From NCBI GenBank assembly GCA_965248355.1, contig OZ252098.1, forward strand, positions 1,504,001-1,568,000: a stretch of DNA of 64,000 nt. The letters run 5' to 3'. Origin of the DNA: Candidatus Latescibacterota bacterium (GTDB lineage Bacteria; Latescibacterota; UBA2968; UBA8231). The notes below the pieces were generated by a model. That model was not told the origin of the DNA, searched no databases, and saw only the letters and a list, made by a program, of their open reading frames with translations. Position numbers and translations under genes: made by a program. Position 1 is the stretch's first letter. Each line of letters starts with the position of its first letter. Shown in pieces: positions 37,511 to 46,433 of this stretch.

Positions 37511-37595
37511 GCGCTCGTCTTCGAAAGGATCGAACTCGTCGCCGCGGGAGCGGCGGCCGGGGCGTTCTCCATCCTCGGCGATCGGGGACCGGCTC

Positions 37596-38318
37596 CTAGT
37601 GAAGGACCGTGCCCAGTCTGGAGTAGCGGGACCGGAAGGGCAGGGTGGGAAGGTTCAGCAGGAAGTTGCCCGCGTCGAGCACCATCCTCGGCAGTCCGTG
37701 GATCAGGGGACCGTGCACCAGGGTCGAGGACCAGTAGATGATCATCGCCTTGCCCTTGACCCGCCCCCTGGGCACCGGACCGAAGATGCGGCTGTCCTTG
37801 CTGTTGTCGCGGTTGTCTCCCATCATGAAGAAGTGGCCCTCGGGGATGCGCAACGGTCCCAGGTTGTCCCGCGAGCTCATCGACCCCGGCAGGATCGCGC
37901 CCTCCGTGAACTTGCCGAGCGGCGGCAGGTGGTAAGGCTTGCCGTCCACGAGCAGTCCCTTCCCGCGGATCTCCACGATCTGGCCCCCCACGGCGACGCA
38001 GCGCTTGATGAGATCGCGCCCCGGCTCGGTGAGAGAGCGGAAGATTACGATGTCCCCCGCCCGCGGATCGCGCAGGGCGGGCAGCCGGAAGAGGGGGCCG
38101 TCCATTCCGGGCAGCTCGAGGGGAGCGCCGTAGATGAACTTGTTGGCGAGGAGGTAGTCGCCCTTGAGGAGGGTGTCCTCCATCGACGCGGAGGGGATGT
38201 AGAAGGCCTGCACCACGGAACTGCGGATGAGCAGGGCGAGGCCGACGGCGACGACGATGGACGACCCGTACTGGCGGGCGCCGCCGCCTCTGGGGGACGG
38301 GGAAGGCTGGCTCGGCAT
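37596..38318 (-). CDS. lepB: Signal peptidase I
   Basis: TM segment, AFYIPSASMEDTL..GD, LIKRCVA, FMMGDNRDNSKDSR.FG. Confidence 0.95.
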   Translation of the reverse strand: MPSQPSPSPRGGGARQYGSSIVVAVGLALLIRSSVVQAFYIPSASMEDTLLKGDYLLANKFIYGAPLELPGMDGPLFRLPALRDPRAGDIVIFRSLTEPGRDLIKRCVAVGGQIVEIRGKGLLVDGKPYHLPPLGKFTEGAILPGSMSSRDNLGPLRIPEGHFFMMGDNRDNSKDSRIFGPVPRGRVKGKAMIIYWSSTLVHGPLIHGLPRMVLDAGNFLLNLPTLPFRSRYSRLGTVLH

Positions 38319-38325
38319 GATTCCG

Positions 38326-38354
38326 AGTATAGCAAAGCGCCCTCTCCATGTAAA
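38326..38354 (-). promoter_or_regulatory. Sigma70 promoter for the lepB-proteasome operon (leaderless)
   Basis: TTTACA-N17-TATACT with an extended TG; ATG 7 nt after the -10 box; no SD. Confidence 0.7.
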
Positions 38355-38398
38355 CGCGGTTCGGCCGCCGGGCTTCCCTGTCGCCTGCTGCGGTCGGG

Positions 38399-39154
38399 TC
38401 AGCCCGGGAATCCCTCCGGCGGATGGCGAAATAGCCGGGGTCCCCGAAGGCCGGGAACATGCCGAACCCCCGCTCCAAGTCCCGCCGCTCCCACACGAGG
38501 CCGGTCTCGCAGTAGCTCAGCGACCCGTGTCCCGGGGGTGAGAACCGGGGCTGCGCCAGCAGGTCGGCGCGGGGCCAGAGGCTGCGGTGCCGGAAGCACA
38601 GACCCCTCTCGAGGTTCTGCTCGACGAACTCGATCATGTGCGGGAAGGTGCGCTGAAAGGCGGTGCCGGCTCCGTACTCGATGCGGGCCCCGACCGAGGC
38701 GCCCGCCGACTGGATCTCGGTCATCGACATGGGGGTCCCGCCCTGGACGAAGAGGGCGTCCAGGTTGGGATCGACGACGATCCACTTCTCCCACTCCGGG
38801 GCCCAGACCTCGGCCACGAAGTGGCCGTTGAAACCGTTCACCGCCTCGGTGAGCGCGGCGCAGCGGGCGGGGAGGCCCACGGACTGGCAGGCGCTGACGA
38901 AGCTGGCGGCGTAGTGCACGCACATCAGGATCGGCCGCTGGCCGTTGTGCCCCTGCCGCTCCGCCCCCCAGGAGAGAGCGGTCTCCGCGTCCCAGGGTCC
39001 GTAGAGGTGGGTACGGGCGCGCCAGCAGGAAGACCTCGGCCGGCGCCGCCGTGGCCGGCAGGTCGAGGATCTTGCGGGCCCGGCGGAACCGGGTCAGCTC
39101 CTCGCACAGGGAGGGGATGACGCGGCCCTCCTCCGTGTGGTAGAGGCGGCTCAC
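38399..39154 (-). pseudogene. Transglutaminase-like domain protein, frameshifted and probably internally deleted
   Basis: MCVHY...GHFVAEVW...KWIVVDP (Cys-His-Asp) core in one frame; the N-terminus and the last codons are in another frame (shifts near 39005 and 38426). Confidence 0.65.
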
Positions 39155-40274
39155 TGCGGGCCGGGATCGCGGTAGCGGGCGACCTGGTCCTCGTCCAGCT
39201 CGACGCCGAGGCCCGGTCCCTCCGGAGCCACGGCGTTCACGGGGCCCAGGACGAGGGGCTCGGTGATCATGTCGGCGTCGTGGTACAGGGGGCCGAGCAG
39301 GTCGGCCGGGTAGCGCTCGCTGTCGATGGCCGGACAGGCCACGGCCAGGTGCAGCATGGCCGCCGTGGCCACGCCGAGCTCGAGGTTGCTGCCCATGCAG
39401 CAGACGAGCCCCGCGGCGGCGGCGATCTCGGCCACGGCCAGCGACCCGAGGAGCCCCCCGTTCTTGCCGGGGTAGACGGCGAGGATGTCGGCGGCATCGG
39501 CCTGCACCAGCTGCAGCGCCTCCCGGGGGGTGAAGACGCTCTCGTCGGCCATCACCGGGATCGGCGTCGAGCGGCGCACCGCGGCCAGGGCCCGCGGGTC
39601 GTCGGTGCCCACGGGCTGCTCGGCGAAGGTGAGGTCGAAGGCCTCCAGGGCCGCCAGGGTCCGGCGCGCCGTCCCCAGGTCCCAGCCGCAGTTGGCGTCG
39701 ACGCCGTGGAGACGCCGGGACCGGCCAGCTCGCGCACGAGGCGCACGCGCTCGATGTCCTGCGCCGGGTCGAGGCCGACCTTCACCTTGAGGTGGCGCAC
39801 CCCCCGGTCGAGGAAGCGCTGCGCCAGGGCCGCCGCCCTCGGCGGCTCGAAGGCCCCCACCACCATCTTCATGGCAGCCGCGTCGCGCACCTTGCCGCCG
39901 AGCAGGCGGTACAGGGGCAGTCCGGCCGCCTTGCCGGCGATGTCCCAGCAGGCCATCTCCACCGCCGCCCGCGTGAAGGGGTTGAGGCGCAGGGCCTGCT
40001 CCATGCGCCGGGCGACGCGGCGCACGCCCCGGGGGTCGGCGCCCTTGACGGCCGGCTCCAGGACCTGGCGGATGGCGGCCACGCACCCCGGGCTGGTCTC
40101 GCCGCTCCAGCGCGGCGACAGGGTCGCCTCCCCCAGCCCGACGAGGCCCTCGTCGGTGTGGACCTTCACCAGGACGTACGGCGAGTCGATGTGCTCGCCG
40201 TGGGCGGTCTTCGTCGTCATTCCCTTGCTCAGGGGCACGAGAACCGGGATCGGCTCCAGGGAGGTGATCTTCAC
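39151..40274 (-). pseudogene. Mandelate racemase/muconate cycloisomerase (enolase superfamily) with a single frameshift (real or sequencing error)
   Basis: GLVGLGEA, EMACWDIAGK, KVKVG in one frame; VDANCGW, EQP, MADES, GSNLELG, GPGLGVELD in another; one base missing near 39706. Confidence 0.8.
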
Positions 40275-41905
40275 GGCGTCACCGCCGAGGGCGTGATCCG
40301 CGCCCGTTCCACCGTTCCGTCGAAGCGGGCCGTTCCTCCGCTCAGCTCCCCCACCGTCACCTCGGCGTCGCACTCGACCAGCCGGCCCTCGGCCTCGCGC
40401 CGGGCGGCCAGCTCGCCGTCGACGTAGAGCCGCAGGCTACGCCCGTCGTACACCCCGGCGAGGTGGTGGGCTCCCGGCGCCAGCCTCCGGTAGGCGGCGA
40501 CGCTGCGCACGCCTGTCTCGGTGTTGATCAGGAAGCTCGGACCCGGGGCCGCGGCGCACAGGCCGCCGTTGTGGCCGTAGTCCCCGTAGCGCAGGCTGAA
40601 GGCACCGCCGCGGCCCAGGGTATCGCAGCGCAGCACCCGGCCGTGGTAGGCCTCTCCCCGGCCGTCGTAGAGAGGGGCGGCGTAGAAGTAGCGGCCGTCG
40701 AAGGCGCCGGCGTTGTAGCCGACGGTGTGCAGACCGTCGGTGTGGGAGGCGTCGTAGGCCGACCAGCTGCCGGCCTCGGCGAAGGGGCGGGTCGTGTCAT
40801 AGCGCAGGAAGTTGCAGTGCTGGGGGATCCCGCCCGCGGCGACGGGCCGCGTCCAGGGGCAGTAGTAGACGTAGCGGCCGTCGAAGAAGCCGCCGTCGAA
40901 GCCGCCCGTCTCCAGACCATCGGTGCCGCCGGCCTCCCAGCTCTCCCAGGCGTCCCCGGCGGCGAAGGGCCGGGTGGTGTCGTAGCGGACCATGCGGCTG
41001 TGGTGGTAGGCGCAGAAGTAGAGATACCGGCCGTCGAAGACGGCGCCCACGTTCATCCCCAGGCCGTGGGGGCGCGCGTCGTGGACCTCCCAGGCACGCG
41101 GGTCGTCGAAGGGCCCCCGGGTGTCGTGGCGGGCGACGACGCCGTGGAGGAGGGGGACCAGGTAGATGTAACGGCCGTCGAAGGCCCCGCCGTCGAAGCA
41201 GACGGCGTGCGGCGAAAGGCGGGCGGTGTCGAAGACCTGGTAGCTCTCCGGATCGCGGAACCCGCCGCGCGTGTCCAGGCGCAGCACCCGGCCGCTGTGC
41301 CCACCTTCGTCGAAGGGCCGCCCCGGGACGCTCTCGTACCCCGGCGGGAAGTAGATGTGGCGGCCGTCGGTGGCCGCCCCCTGGCCCGACACGGCCAGCC
41401 CGGCGTCGTGGGCGCTCCACGAGGCGGGGTCGCCGAAGGGGCGGCTCACGTCGAAACGCAGGACGCGGCTGTGGTAGCTCTCCCGGTCCTCGCGGGGGGT
41501 GAAGACCACCTGCCCCCCGTCGAAGGCGGCCCCGTAGTAGCTGACCGTGTTCAGGCCGTCGGTGCTTCCGGCGTCGAAGGCCTCCCAGGCCGAGGAATCG
41601 TGGAAGTCGGCGTGGGTGTCGCAGCGCAGGACGTGGCCGTGGACGCTGTCCCGCCGGCGGAAGGGACGGATCGGACAGTAGTAGACGTGGCGGCCGTCGA
41701 AGACGGCCCCGTAGTGGCCGGCGCACAGCAGGCCGTCCGTGTGGGTCGCCTCCCAGGCCGAGAACACGGGCCTGTCCGCGGGCCTCCACTGCGACACGAG
41801 AGGCTGCATCGCCTCGGCCCGGTCGGCCGAGGTGCGCACCCACGCCTCCACCGTGATCTGTCCCTCCGGCCCCGGCCGGGGGTCGGTCTGCGCCATGTCC
41901 GTCAT
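40271..41905 (-). CDS. Seven-repeat (FDGRY) beta-propeller protein within a split LamG/ConA-like domain
   Basis: Seven GAxFDGRYxYxxP-like repeats; flanks ITVEAWVR...LVSQW and HHLAGVYDG..LRLYVDG...FDGTVERARI. Confidence 0.75.
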   Translation of the reverse strand: MTDMAQTDPRPGPEGQITVEAWVRTSADRAEAMQPLVSQWRPADRPVFSAWEATHTDGLLCAGHYGAVFDGRHVYYCPIRPFRRRDSVHGHVLRCDTHADFHDSSAWEAFDAGSTDGLNTVSYYGAAFDGGQVVFTPREDRESYHSRVLRFDVSRPFGDPASWSAHDAGLAVSGQGAATDGRHIYFPPGYESVPGRPFDEGGHSGRVLRLDTRGGFRDPESYQVFDTARLSPHAVCFDGGAFDGRYIYLVPLLHGVVARHDTRGPFDDPRAWEVHDARPHGLGMNVGAVFDGRYLYFCAYHHSRMVRYDTTRPFAAGDAWESWEAGGTDGLETGGFDGGFFDGRYVYYCPWTRPVAAGGIPQHCNFLRYDTTRPFAEAGSWSAYDASHTDGLHTVGYNAGAFDGRYFYAAPLYDGRGEAYHGRVLRCDTLGRGGAFSLRYGDYGHNGGLCAAAPGPSFLINTETGVRSVAAYRRLAPGAHHLAGVYDGRSLRLYVDGELAARREAEGRLVECDAEVTVGELSGGTARFDGTVERARITPSAVTP

Positions 41906-42030
41906 GCCGAGCGAGTCTAGCCGGGATCGACCGGCCGTCAACTCGCCGGCGGCTCCGCGTGCCGCATGTCGTCCGATTCCATATCGTAGGCACTCCCCAA
42001 AATCCAACCTTTTGCCGAGGACCGCCCAAG

Positions 42031-42798
42031 ATGAAGCTTGGCGAGATGACCTGGCCCGAGATCCGGGAGCTGGACCGCGAGCGCTTCGTGGCCGTCTACC
42101 CGATCGCATCCTTCGAGCAGCACGGCGACCACCTGCCCATGCTCACCGACACCCTGGAGTGCGAAGGCATCGCCGCCGCCATGGACGAGCGCGTGGGCGA
42201 CCGCATCGTCGTCCTGCCCACGCAGTGGCTGGGCTACTCCTTCCACCACATGCGCTTCGGCGGCAGCCTGACGGCCACCTCGCAGACCCACGTGGGGCTG
42301 CTCGTGGAGACGATCGGCGGCCTGGTGCGGGCCGGGTTCGACAAGGTCCTGATCGTCAACGGCCACGGCGGCAACCAGGCGGACATGCGCGTCGCCCTGC
42401 AGGACCTGCGCGAGCGCCACATGGAGGCCCGGGTATACGGCGCCTCCTGGTGGGAGGTGGCGCAGCCGGGGCTCGACGAGGTGCGCACCGCCGGACCCGA
42501 CGGCTCCGGCCACGCCGGGGAGACGGAGACCTCCTTGATGCTGCACCTGTATCCGCACCTGGTGCGCGGCGACCGCCGGGCCCGCGGCGGCGTGAGGGCT
42601 CCCTCCGCCCACCAGGGGCAGGTCCAGCGCTTCCACATGCTCGACGAGGTCAGCCCCCGGGGCCACTTCGGCGACCCCGGCGCGGCCAGCGCCGAGAAGG
42701 GCGAGCGCATGCTCGGAGCGATCGTCGACAGCCTCTGCGAGATCGTCGACGACATCCTCGCCGGACGCCTGGAGCCTCAGCCGACGAGGGAACCATGA
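42031..42798 (+). CDS. Creatininase/creatinine amidohydrolase family protein
   Basis: MTWPE, EQHGDHLPMLTD, SFHH, IVNGHGGN, HAGETETS, GDP..ASAEKG. Confidence 0.92.
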   Translation: MKLGEMTWPEIRELDRERFVAVYPIASFEQHGDHLPMLTDTLECEGIAAAMDERVGDRIVVLPTQWLGYSFHHMRFGGSLTATSQTHVGLLVETIGGLVRAGFDKVLIVNGHGGNQADMRVALQDLRERHMEARVYGASWWEVAQPGLDEVRTAGPDGSGHAGETETSLMLHLYPHLVRGDRRARGGVRAPSAHQGQVQRFHMLDEVSPRGHFGDPGAASAEKGERMLGAIVDSLCEIVDDILAGRLEPQPTREP

Positions 42799-43646
42799 CC
42801 CCGCAGACCCCGGACCAGATCGGCCTCTGCAGCTGGTCCATGCTGCCTCGCGACGCCGGCCACATGGCCGCCATCATGGAGCAACTGGGCGTGAAGAAGC
42901 TGCAGCTCGGCCTGGTTCCCCATCGCGACGACGCCGGCATCGTCGACGGCGTCCCCGAGGCCCTGGAGCGCGTCGGGGCCCGCGTCGTCTCGGGCATGTT
43001 CGGCACCGTCGGCGAGGACTACACGACGATGGGGACGATCCGGCGCACCGGCGGCATCGTCCCCGACGAGCACTGGGAGGCCAACCAGCAGGTGGCCCGC
43101 AATGCCGCGGCCAAGGCCCGGGCGTTCGGACTGCCCATGGTGATGTTCCACGCCGGCTTCCTGCCCCACGACATGGAGAGCGCCGAGTTCCGCAAGCTCG
43201 CCGAGCGCATCGAGATCGTGGCCGGGATCTTCGGCGGCCAGGGCATCGACCTGATCTTCGAGACCGGCCAGGAGACGGGCGACGACCTGTGGGCCTTCTT
43301 CGACCACCTCGAGGGCCGCGGGGTAACCAACGTGGGGGTGAACTTCGACCCGGCCAACATGATCCTCTACGACAAGGGCGACCCCATCGAGGCGTTGCGC
43401 AAGCTCCTGCCGCGGGTCCGGTCGATCCACATCAAGGACGCCATCCGCACCGGGACACCCGGCGAGTGGGGCGCCGAGGCCGTGGTCGGCGAGGGCCAGG
43501 TCGACTGGCCCGCCTTCGTCCGGATCCTGGCCGAAGGCGACTACAGCGGCGACCTGCACGTCGAGCGCGAGTGGGGGGACGACCGCGTGGGCGACGCGCG
43601 CATGGCCATCGACGAGATCACCCGGGTCATGAACGAGGCGGGATGA
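42795..43646 (+). CDS. Sugar phosphate isomerase/epimerase (TIM barrel)
   Basis: HAGFLP, FETGQE, NFDPANMILY, IHIKDA, GEGQVDW, VERE. Confidence 0.88.
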   Translation: MTPQTPDQIGLCSWSMLPRDAGHMAAIMEQLGVKKLQLGLVPHRDDAGIVDGVPEALERVGARVVSGMFGTVGEDYTTMGTIRRTGGIVPDEHWEANQQVARNAAAKARAFGLPMVMFHAGFLPHDMESAEFRKLAERIEIVAGIFGGQGIDLIFETGQETGDDLWAFFDHLEGRGVTNVGVNFDPANMILYDKGDPIEALRKLLPRVRSIHIKDAIRTGTPGEWGAEAVVGEGQVDWPAFVRILAEGDYSGDLHVEREWGDDRVGDARMAIDEITRVMNEAG

Positions 43647-45380
43647 CCAACGAGGAGAACTACTGCTTCGACGTGGGCGGCTACCTCGTCGTGAGGGCCG
43701 CCCTGCAGCCGGCGGAGGTGCTGGCCGTCAACGCCGCCCTCGACCGTGTGGGACGGCCGGAGGGGATGCTCGGCTGGACCGGAAAGGAGCGCGAACCCTT
43801 CCGCGACCTGCTCGTGCACCCGGTCCTGGTTCACTACCTCAACCAGATCTGCGGCAGCGGCTTCCGCCTGGAGAAGCTGCCGGGGCTGATCGCCGACGAT
43901 CCGGCCGGCGGCGGCTTCGACGGCACCCTCGCCGGTGGCGACGAGCCCCGCCACCCGGCCCTGGCCTATTACCACCAGAACAACCGCCGCCAGTGCCAGC
44001 TCGTGCGCGCCGTCTGGGCCCTGTCCGACGTCGACGAGGAAGCCGGCGGGCTGGTCTTCGTGCAGGCCAGCCACAAGACGAACGTGCCCCCGCCCCCCGG
44101 CTTGCTGGAGGGCGAGCGCGACCTGGGGCTGGTGCGCGGGATCCGGCTGCGTGCCGGCGACCTGCTGTTGCTCGCCGGCACCCTCATCCACGGCCTGCGC
44201 CCGTGGAAGGGCCGCGGCCCCCTGCGCCTGCTCGACTACGGATTCGCCGCCCGCGGCGTCTGCCTCGAGGCCGGCACCGGTCCGCAGGCCGGGGAGCCGG
44301 GCCCGCCCGAGTGGCACGCCGAGTTGACCCCCGAACAGCGCGCCGTGCTCTACCAGCCCGGCCGCCGCGCCGAGACCCCGGCGCCGGTGCTGGCCGCCGA
44401 CGGCGGCCACTGCCGGGTCTCGGAGTCCCCGGAACCCCGGCACCCGTCCTTTCTCGCCCCCGACCCGGCCAGCGGCATCGACCACGAGGAGCTGTTCTAC
44501 TGGGACCTGTGCGGCCACCTCGTCCTGCGCCAGGTGATGGACCCGGACGACTTGGCCCTGGCCAACGAGGCGATCGACCGCTTCGAGGAGCGCATCGTCG
44601 TCGGGGAGGAGCTGGCGCGCGGATCGACTTCCCTGGCCGGCACCGGCCGGCCCACCCTGGGCGGCCTCCTGCAGCTGCCGCCGCCCTGGTGCGACCCCTT
44701 CCGCCGCATGGTCGCCCATCCCGCCATCGTCCACCGCCTCACCTGGATGGGCGGCAGCGGCTTCCGCTGCAGCCCGCCGGCCGCCTTCTGCGCCGTGAAG
44801 GGCACTTCGGGCCACGCCCTGCACGACGCCAACGAGCCGCTGAACCCCAGCCGCTCGTACGCGTTACAAGAACGGGCGCAGCTACTGCGAGGCGGTCACC
44901 GTGACCTGGCAATTGCGCGACCTGAACGAGGAAGACGGCGGCTTCGCCTGCGTGCCGGGCAGCCACAAGGCCCAGTACCCCATGCCCCCCGGCGTGCGCT
45001 CCTGCGACGACCACATGGGGCTGGTGGTCCACCCCACCTTCCGGGCCGGGGACGTGCTGCTGTTCATGGACGGGGCCCAGACCCACGGCGCCCTGACCTG
45101 GCGCGCGGAGATCCCGCGCCGGGGGATCCTCGTCAAGTACTCCTCCCGGAACTTCAACCGCGCCGGGGGAGAGCTGGTGCACCCGTCAGCGCGCTGGGGG
45201 GATCTGGTGGAGGGGATGACCGACGCGCAACTGACCGTCATGCGGGGCCCCGACCGGGACAACCACAACGGCAACGTGCCGCGCCTGGTCGTGGACGGCG
45301 GGCGCGTCCACATCGACTACGAGCGCCGGGGCGGCCTCTACAGCGCCGAGACGCCCAAGGGGCCGGTGGCCGCCGGCTGA
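43643..45380 (+). pseudogene. Tandem two-domain PhyH-like dioxygenase with one +1 frameshift (real or sequencing error)
   Basis: Two PhyH units (FDVGGYLVVR..ASHK..AGD..HG and WDLCGHLVLR..LHD..VPGSHKA..AGD..THG). Removing one T at ~44864 joins them as SYAYKNGRSYCEAVTVTWQL. Confidence 0.75.
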
Positions 45381-45399
45381 GCCCTTCCCCGGGGCGCCC

Positions 45400-46401
45400 T
45401 CACCGTTGGGGCACCTTGACGACGCGGCCCTTCTGCCAGCTCTGGATGATGCTCTCGATGGCCAGCTGGACCTTGAGTGCGTCCTCGGCCTTGGCGTCGA
45501 CCTCGTCCGGGGGGGTGCCCTTGCGCAGATCGTCGATCCAGGCTCCGATCCGCGACGGGAAGGTGTCGGAGAACCCCATCATCCCGCCTAGGTGGTCGTA
45601 GCTCTCCACCTCGCTCGAGAACCGGGGGTAGAAGGTCAGCCGCTCGCAGGCCTCGTTGATGATCACGCGGCCCTCCGAGCCGACGAGTTCCAGGGTCTCC
45701 AGGCCATAGCTGCCACCGGCGTCGTACGAGCCCGTGAGATGGCCGATGACACCGTTGGCGAAGAGCAGGTTGGCCTGCACGTTGGACCAGGTCCTGCGGC
45801 CCTGGCCCTTCTTGAAGAAGGCCTGCACGCGCTCCAGGTCGCCGGCGAAGTAGCGCATCACGTCGAGGGAATGGGGATGCAGGGCGCGGATGTGGAACCA
45901 CGGGGAGGACTCGTTGGGGTTGTTGATCCACATCGTCATGTTGACCATGTGGAGCTCCCCCAGCCGGCCCTTCTGCAGCCAGTCCCTTGCCTTCACCGCC
46001 GCCGGCGTGAACCGGTGGTTCAGGTTGATGCCGTAGGGCAGGCCCATCTCCCTGGCGAGCTTCACCAGGCGCCGGGCCTTGGGAATCTCGTTGGAGATCG
46101 GCTTCTCCCCCAGCACCGGGATCCCCGCCTTCAGGAGCTGCATGGTCGGCGCGTAGTGGTCGCCGCCGTTCTCCACGCCCGCCGTGGCGACGCTGGCGGC
46201 GTCGATGCCGATGCCGCTGTTGAGCATGCGGCGCACGGTGTAGAAGGCCCGCGCCCCGTGGGCGGCGGCCCCTTGGTCGGCCCTCTCCGGGCTGATGTCA
46301 CAAACGGCCACCACCTCGGCGTGAGGGCTGGCCTGGTAGCAGCTGGCGTGGCGGTTGCCGATACCGCCCATGCCCACCACGGCGATACGAAGCTTGCCCA
46401 T
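45400..46401 (-). CDS. Gfo/Idh/MocA family oxidoreductase
   Basis: IAVVGMGGIG, VAVCD, GEKP, NHRF, HSLD. Confidence 0.92.
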   Translation of the reverse strand: MGKLRIAVVGMGGIGNRHASCYQASPHAEVVAVCDISPERADQGAAAHGARAFYTVRRMLNSGIGIDAASVATAGVENGGDHYAPTMQLLKAGIPVLGEKPISNEIPKARRLVKLAREMGLPYGINLNHRFTPAAVKARDWLQKGRLGELHMVNMTMWINNPNESSPWFHIRALHPHSLDVMRYFAGDLERVQAFFKKGQGRRTWSNVQANLLFANGVIGHLTGSYDAGGSYGLETLELVGSEGRVIINEACERLTFYPRFSSEVESYDHLGGMMGFSDTFPSRIGAWIDDLRKGTPPDEVDAKAEDALKVQLAIESIIQSWQKGRVVKVPQR

Positions 46402-46433
46402 TCTCTCTCCTCGTGCCGGGTCTCGCAGACCCG

